Source: an uncultured Verrucomicrobiae bacterium (GTDB lineage Bacteria > Verrucomicrobiota > Verrucomicrobiia > Limisphaerales > JAFGQR01). From it: a DNA stretch of 64,000 nucleotides. The position numbers and the translations under genes are program-made. The DNA lies in assembly GCA_963788655.1 (NCBI GenBank), contig CAWBHS010000038.1, positions 32,001 to 96,000 on the forward strand, given 5' to 3'. Shown piece after piece: positions 58,901-64,000 of the stretch. Each line of letters opens with the position of its first letter. Position 1 is the first letter of the stretch. The notes below the pieces were generated by a model. That model did no database searches and was not told the DNA's origin. It worked only from the letters and a program-made list of their open reading frames with translations.

Positions 58901-59703
58901 ATTTGCACCTGGCCAGCGATGAAAGCCAACCGCCGAAGTTGTCGGGACAGGTCACGTTGCGCGACAGTCTGTTGCTCCAGAGCCTGGAGATGCTGGCTCC
59001 CCGCGCTGATTCGGGTTCCGCGCGGCGCTTTCCTTATTTCAAAGTGGAAGCTGAACCGTTGGCCACGTGGGGCTTGGATGTGACCGTTACCGGCGACAAG
59101 TTCATCCGCGTTCGCACACCGCTGTTCGTGGGCGTCGCCTCGGCGGACTTTCATGTGCAAGGGACGCTGGGCGATCCACAGGCGCTGGGCGAGGCGCGAA
59201 TCAATTCGGGCCGGGTCACATTTCCCTTCGGCCCCTTGAACGTGGATAGTGGCTTCGTGACGGTGAACAGCGACGCCCCGCATCGGCCCCGGCTGGCGAT
59301 TACGGCGTCCGGCCAGCGTTACGGTTACGAGATCAAAATGGACGTTAGCGGTTTGGCGGACGCGCCCCAAATCCTCCTGACCTCTTCGCCGCCGTTGAGC
59401 TCCGGACAGATTTTGTTGCTGTTGACCGCCGGCGAGTTGCCCAGCGATTCCGCGTATTTTTCCCAACAGCAACGGGCGCAAACGCTGGCCGTGTTCGTCG
59501 GCAAGGATTTGTTGTCCCGCATCCTGGGCAGCGAATCGGCCGAAGAACGGCTGACGATCAATTCGGGTGAACGCATTTCGGAAAGTGGCCGATCCACGTA
59601 CGTCATCGAATACCGGCTCACGGACGACTGGTCGCTGGTGGGCGAATACGACCGGTTTGACACGCTGAACGCGATCGTGAAGTGGAGGTTTTACTCAAAG
59701 TGA
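55978..59703 (+). CDS. tamB: translocation and assembly module TamB-like protein
   Basis: 1241 aa, N-terminal anchor, beta-rich; C-terminal DUF490-like region (SSPPLS..ILLLL, EYRLTDDW). Confidence 0.85.
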   Translation: MTNRRSRKRKVVWTLAVLLLLFVAVLALLPVWFPWVARPLARRAGVVWKSYEAQGYTRALVHGVEGQFGSVRIAADDLQLFLPNRWLWRHFFGGQETAPYVAAANWRLAVVPRKHRTSSRTNSVGAILDQISHLAPTLRRWLPEARLTNGIVLLPGQTLLVPQASLRDGRLTITATATNYHQTLMLHGDLTDPNQLGLTVELEPLGVNADLRLRSSAAQWALDGDATWHRNRVELTAQFGHDGLLPEVANVQADRIRLPAELVKLEGYQDLTGSFAVNWATNHYTFSIQANAAPKVTNALAAPPVALSIRGHGNTNAVTMEQFKVTTPFGEAELASATGLNVPRGGLTQPAELKLTLDLGALELTNFTGHITGLVRLEPHGTNLPLARFNVTGSDLTAAKFSAQQMAVVGRLSWPLLVLEQGEIQFDTNSVLSTTAQLDLKTRTVTKGQWRFAGGYLRRFLPTNLAYSTLQATGQFSGLLTQPAHSGAVTITGLTIPVVQPGDLHLNWRGEYLDLEQAEVVLQANTNRLRAGGAIRVSLTNQVRIDLALKTLDWQQGEETIYHLDHPASFLVRQNPQSPTESAWDIQVDDLQWLGTGREITLSAQTEWPSRGNISALIEQLDPDRFAGLLQVPLTHSLVESLALKANWDSGPMNLELNLTGRVPGPETSPVDVVARLQCDANGLNVQTLRLKADSIPTFSVTGRIPLLITPARPEQLIRFSQEIPFDLQARTAPTANLSRTLNELGKFTLVRPKLELDLTGNATDLKGALHLQLARATWTRPTNAVPVPPLEQVKLDARLEPDRLELSLLSLRLQGQEVTASGEWPLGAGGWAECLNQKKLPDWKQAQGRLKIANADLGPLTELFTGKLISQGQLQVEVALETGGLITGQVRITNAVTAPLPTLGPVRQLDATVTLSNRTATLESLTGQIAGTPISVSGQVDLANFQQPKFSGSLRATNLPVVRKPGIILRTDLDLHLASDESQPPKLSGQVTLRDSLLLQSLEMLAPRADSGSARRFPYFKVEAEPLATWGLDVTVTGDKFIRVRTPLFVGVASADFHVQGTLGDPQALGEARINSGRVTFPFGPLNVDSGFVTVNSDAPHRPRLAITASGQRYGYEIKMDVSGLADAPQILLTSSPPLSSGQILLLLTAGELPSDSAYFSQQQRAQTLAVFVGKDLLSRILGSESAEERLTINSGERISESGRSTYVIEYRLTDDWSLVGEYDRFDTLNAIVKWRFYSK

Positions 59704-61835
59704 GTCGGGGACGTTTAGTTGCGTGGAGTCGGTTGGGTTTCCGGTGGGGCCTGGTGCTGCTGCTGTTGCTGGGGACCGGGCTGCCGGCATGGGGCGAGGC
59801 GGACAAAACCAACCGCGCCAAAATCAAAATTTCGGGGTTCGGCTTTCTGGGCAATTTGGAACTGAAGAAGCAACTGCGCCTGATGCAAAAGGATCGCAAA
59901 CCGCCGGTCCTGTACCGCGCCAGCCAGATTGAGGACGCCGTGCTGATCCTGTTGTCCAAGCTCAAGGGGGAAGGTTATCTGGCTCCGACCATTGCCGCCG
60001 AACTCACCTTGACCAACGACCTGGTGCAATCCTATTCGTGGACCAAGGACTTCGACACGTTTCTGCCGCCGGAACTGCTGGCGAAAAAGGTCGTGCTGCG
60101 GGCGCATCACGGCGTTCGCTACTATTATGAACAGCTCGACATAAATGGGCTGCACGCCCTTCCGGTGTCAGCGGCCAAGGAATTCTTCGTGGCCAGTGAC
60201 GCCTTGCTGCGTTTGAAGAGTATGCGGGTGTTCACACCGGACTTGCGGGAAGCCTCGCTCAATCGTTTGCGCGCCGCGCTGAACCGCCGCGGTTATATCA
60301 ATGCCACCGTCACCGCCCAATCCCGACTCAACCCGACCAATGGCGCCGTGCGGGTGACGGTGGACGTTACCGAAAACAAGCCGACCTTGGTTCATACCGT
60401 CGCCGTGGCGGTAGTATCGCCAAGCAACGCCATTCCGCAATGGCGCACCAATCGGTTCACCGAGACGCCACTGTCCGGATGGTGGCGGGAGGATTTTGCG
60501 CAAAGCCTGCTGACGAATCAATATGACCGCGGCTTCCCCGATGCCAACGTTGAGCTGACGGTGTTGCGGCGGGAAACCAATGCCGCGACCATCCAGGCCG
60601 ACTTGTCCGCCCGCGTGAACACCGGCACGAACATCACCCTGGGTGGGGTCCATTTCGAGGGCCAAAAGCGCACGCACATGTCGGTGCTCCGTCGTTTCAC
60701 CCGGCTGACTCCGGGTGAGCCGTTGAACCGGATCGAAATCGAGCGCGGGCGGGAACGGTTGGCGCGGCTCGGCATCTTCGAGTCGGTGCGATTGAAATAC
60801 AACGTGGTCGATCCGCACACGCGGAACGCGGTTTATGAATTGAAGGAAGGTAAGTTCTTCGACAGCCGGCTGCTGCTGAGCTACGGCAGTTACGACACGT
60901 TGGGCGGGGGCATCGAATTGACCTACCGCAACGTGTTCGGGTTGGCGCATCAGGCCAGTTTGCGCGCCCGCCAGACCTTCAAATCCACGCTGGCTGACTT
61001 CCGCTACACCCTGCCCGAGGTGCTGCGCCAGAAGGCCGACGTGTTCTTCTCCGGCACGCTGCTGTTGCGCCAGGAAATTACCTTCGATCGCAAGGAATAC
61101 GGCGGCGGCGTGGGGGTGCATCGGTACTGGCCGCGGGCGCGCACCGACACCAGCGTACGCTACGACTACCAGTTTCTGAACGCCCAATCCGGCGGATTGG
61201 CTGTCGGTCAGGTAACCCGTTATGAAGCAACGCAAGCGGCAGCCATCGTGTTTGAGTTCAAGCACGATCGTCGAAACAGTCCGCTCCGCCCCGAACGCGG
61301 CTACATGGTCTTCGGCAACCTCGAGTTTGCCTCGGACAAACTGGGCGGCCAAGTCAGCTACCAGCGGTTTTTGCTGGGCGGGTCCACGCATTGGGACCTG
61401 GGCGGCGGACGAATCATCCATCTCGGCGCCGTCCATGGGCTCACTTATACATGGGATGGCTCGCCGGACGAGCTGCCCTTCAACAAACGGTTCTTCCCCG
61501 GCGGCGACAATTCGGTGCGCGGCTATCAGCACGGTGCCGCCGCGCCCCGCAATGCGAACGGGGAAATCATTGGCGCCGAGACGTTCCTCCAAGGCAATGC
61601 GGAGTTTGAACAATTCCTGACCCAGACGATTTCCGTGGTCGCGTTTATGGATGCGGTGGGTTTTGCCCAAAGTCGGGATCATTATCCCTGCGATACCGCC
61701 CTGTATTCCGCCGGCGGGGGCTTGCGCTGGCACACGGTGATCGGACCCGTGCGATTGGAATACGGCTACAACCTCAATCCGCGCCCCCAAGATCCCAGCG
61801 GGACGTTGCACTTCTCGTTCGGGTTTCCGTTCTGA
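59700..61835 (+). CDS. tamA: Omp85 family outer-membrane protein (TamA/BamA-like)
   Basis: POTRA-like repeats; RFFPGGDNSVRGY; GPVRLEYG; terminal FSFGFPF. Confidence 0.88.
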   Translation: MSRGRLVAWSRLGFRWGLVLLLLLGTGLPAWGEADKTNRAKIKISGFGFLGNLELKKQLRLMQKDRKPPVLYRASQIEDAVLILLSKLKGEGYLAPTIAAELTLTNDLVQSYSWTKDFDTFLPPELLAKKVVLRAHHGVRYYYEQLDINGLHALPVSAAKEFFVASDALLRLKSMRVFTPDLREASLNRLRAALNRRGYINATVTAQSRLNPTNGAVRVTVDVTENKPTLVHTVAVAVVSPSNAIPQWRTNRFTETPLSGWWREDFAQSLLTNQYDRGFPDANVELTVLRRETNAATIQADLSARVNTGTNITLGGVHFEGQKRTHMSVLRRFTRLTPGEPLNRIEIERGRERLARLGIFESVRLKYNVVDPHTRNAVYELKEGKFFDSRLLLSYGSYDTLGGGIELTYRNVFGLAHQASLRARQTFKSTLADFRYTLPEVLRQKADVFFSGTLLLRQEITFDRKEYGGGVGVHRYWPRARTDTSVRYDYQFLNAQSGGLAVGQVTRYEATQAAAIVFEFKHDRRNSPLRPERGYMVFGNLEFASDKLGGQVSYQRFLLGGSTHWDLGGGRIIHLGAVHGLTYTWDGSPDELPFNKRFFPGGDNSVRGYQHGAAAPRNANGEIIGAETFLQGNAEFEQFLTQTISVVAFMDAVGFAQSRDHYPCDTALYSAGGGLRWHTVIGPVRLEYGYNLNPRPQDPSGTLHFSFGFPF

Positions 61836-61907
61836 CTGCGGTCGGTTGGATACGCGGTCAAATCAACTTGCCCGCAGGTTGGGTTGGCCGTTACGTTGTG
61901 TGCCATT

Positions 61908-64000
61908 ATGCGTTTAGTGTCAGTGCTGATACTGGTTTGTTTGTTAACCGCCTGTAAATCACCGGACTCCTCGACCACCTCGAAGACCTCCGGTCCGCCC
62001 TCGCTCGCCACGCTCCAAAAGAAGGCCCGCCAGTTCCAGGCGGTCATCGCGGTGCCGGAATTCAAAACGACACCTGCCGGGGTGCGCCAGTCGGTATCCA
62101 ATACGATCGCCCGCGCCAACGCGGCGTTGGATCTCATCGGCCAACGTGATCACGGGAAAGTCACGTTTGCGAACACGATTCGTGCCCTGGATGACATCGC
62201 GTTCGACGCGGGCCGGATGGGTAACCAGTTGGACCTGGTCAAGGAAACCAGCACCAACGCCGCCATTCGCGAGGCGGCCACCGACGCGATCAAGGTTTTT
62301 CAGGAATGGGCCGTGGGATTGGACTACCGCGAGGACGTTTATACGGCGGTTCAGGCGTTTGCCGACACCCAGCCCCCGCTCACCGGCGAGGACGCCAAGT
62401 TGTTGACGGAAACGTTGCGCGACTATAAGCGCGCCGGTCTGGGCTTGCCCAAAGCGCAGCGGGACGAAGTCGAAAAGATACGCAAGGAACTGTCCCAGTT
62501 GACCACGGATTTCTCCAGTAACGTCACCAAGGCCCGCCAACCGGTGCGGTTCACGCGGGCCGAACTGGCGGGTGTGCCGGATAGCTTCTTGGAACTGCCC
62601 GGCATCAAAACCGGTGACGACGAATACACGGTCATGGCGAATGTCACGTTTCATTTTATCACCGTGATGGAGAACGCGAAGAACGAGGAGACACGCAGGA
62701 AACTACTGCTGGCGCGGTTGACCCTGGCCCGAAACGCGAATGTGCCGCTGCTCCAACAGATTCTCGAACTGCGCCAACGAGTGGCCGCCAAACTCGGGTA
62801 CGCTTCCTGGGCGGATTACAAGACCGAGCCGAAGATGGCCAAGAACGCCGCTACGGCGCGCGAGTTCTGCGAGAATTTGGTGGTTGGATTGCAGCCGAAG
62901 TTCGACCAGGAGCTGAAGGAGTTTGCCGCGTTGAAGGCGAAGGAAACCGACAATCCCAATGCCAAAATCGAATTCTGGGATTGGCGCTATTACAGCAACC
63001 TCTTGAAGAAGGAGAAGTATTCGGTCGATGCCGAACAACTGCGGGTGTACTTTCCGTATGACAAGGTGTTGACGGGCATGTTCCGCATTTACCAGCACAT
63101 CTTCGGGCTAACCTTCGAGCGCCTCGAACCGCCGTACAAGTGGTGTGATGATCTGCAGCTCTATGCCGTGTTGGACACCCAAACCGGCGAGCCGCTCGGC
63201 CTGTTTTATCTCGATATGTTTCCCCGCGAGGGCAAATACAATCACTTCGCCCAGTTCGGCCTCATCGAAGGCAAGCGGCTGCCGAGCGGCCTGTACCAAC
63301 GGCCCACGGTGGCGTTGGTCTGCAATTTCCCTACCCCGCAAGCGAACCAGCCGTCGCTGATGACGCACGACGACGTCGAGACGTTGTTCCACGAATTTGG
63401 CCACGCGCTGCACTCGATTCTCACGCGCGCCAATTACGTGCGCTTCTCCGGCACCAGCGTGCCGCGCGATTTCGTGGAAGCACCGTCCCAGATGCTCGAG
63501 AACTGGGTTTGGGACAAACAGGTGCTGGACAGCTTCGCCGCGGACTACCGCGATCCCACGAAGAAGATTCCCGAAACAATCATCAACCAGCTCAAGGCCG
63601 CAAAGCTGGCTACCATCGGCACGTTCTACCGGCGGCAAATGGCCCTGGCCCTGATCGATCTGGCGTTGCACTCCCAGATCAAATCCGGCGTGAGCGCGGT
63701 CAAGTTGTCGAACAAGATTTTCGGCGACGTTTTTCTGCCGGTGCCGCGCGGGACGACGTTTGTGGCCTACTTCAATCATCTGATGCACTACGACGCCGCC
63801 TATTATGGCTACGGTTGGGCCGATGCCATCGCCGCGGATATGGCCACCGTGTTTGAACAATCGCCCAAGGGCTACGAAGACGAAACCATCGGACGCCGGT
63901 TGCGCGACGAGATTTACGCGCCCGGCGATTCTCGCGACGTGAACGTGTCCATCGAAAAGTTTCTGGGACGGCCACGGTCGCTCAAACCGTTTTTCAAGAG
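61908..64000 (+). CDS. M3 family (thimet/oligopeptidase A-like) metallopeptidase, lipoprotein; 3' truncated by window
   Basis: MRLVSVLILVCLLTAC lipobox; YLDMFPREGK, FHEFGHALH, DFVEAPSQMLENW and YDAAYYGYGW motifs; open to the window end. Confidence 0.93.
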   Translation, partial: MRLVSVLILVCLLTACKSPDSSTTSKTSGPPSLATLQKKARQFQAVIAVPEFKTTPAGVRQSVSNTIARANAALDLIGQRDHGKVTFANTIRALDDIAFDAGRMGNQLDLVKETSTNAAIREAATDAIKVFQEWAVGLDYREDVYTAVQAFADTQPPLTGEDAKLLTETLRDYKRAGLGLPKAQRDEVEKIRKELSQLTTDFSSNVTKARQPVRFTRAELAGVPDSFLELPGIKTGDDEYTVMANVTFHFITVMENAKNEETRRKLLLARLTLARNANVPLLQQILELRQRVAAKLGYASWADYKTEPKMAKNAATAREFCENLVVGLQPKFDQELKEFAALKAKETDNPNAKIEFWDWRYYSNLLKKEKYSVDAEQLRVYFPYDKVLTGMFRIYQHIFGLTFERLEPPYKWCDDLQLYAVLDTQTGEPLGLFYLDMFPREGKYNHFAQFGLIEGKRLPSGLYQRPTVALVCNFPTPQANQPSLMTHDDVETLFHEFGHALHSILTRANYVRFSGTSVPRDFVEAPSQMLENWVWDKQVLDSFAADYRDPTKKIPETIINQLKAAKLATIGTFYRRQMALALIDLALHSQIKSGVSAVKLSNKIFGDVFLPVPRGTTFVAYFNHLMHYDAAYYGYGWADAIAADMATVFEQSPKGYEDETIGRRLRDEIYAPGDSRDVNVSIEKFLGRPRSLKPFFK

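Overview
A GC-rich bacterial window. The repeat families, PQQ-propeller and Tat oxidoreductase genes suggest Verrucomicrobiota or another PVC lineage; this is inference only. From left to right it contains: an ATP-grasp / alpha-E / transglutaminase operon; gluQ; an RmlD-like reductase; a roughly 0.9 kb non-coding structured gap; PQQ-propeller and nitroreductase genes; a MacAB-type ABC exporter; and a Tat-exported Gfo/Idh/MocA oxidoreductase. Next, at about 19.3-28.9 kb, is an integron-type array of 10 gene cassettes with an attI-like site, 9 full-length attC sites and 1 truncated attC; no integrase gene is visible in the window. One cassette is split by an ISAzo13-type IS. One attC carries a group II intron with a class E-like RT, inserted on the top strand inside the L'' box. 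Its EBS1 is complementary to the attC sequence, and a second, empty copy of the target lies in another attC. The array converges on a sigma54-type flagellar operon (flgB to fliP, then cheA) that has several single-base frameshifts. The window ends with an FN3/CARDB protein, a wza-wzc-O-antigen-ligase-like cluster, tamB-tamA and a lipoprotein M3 peptidase that runs off the edge.
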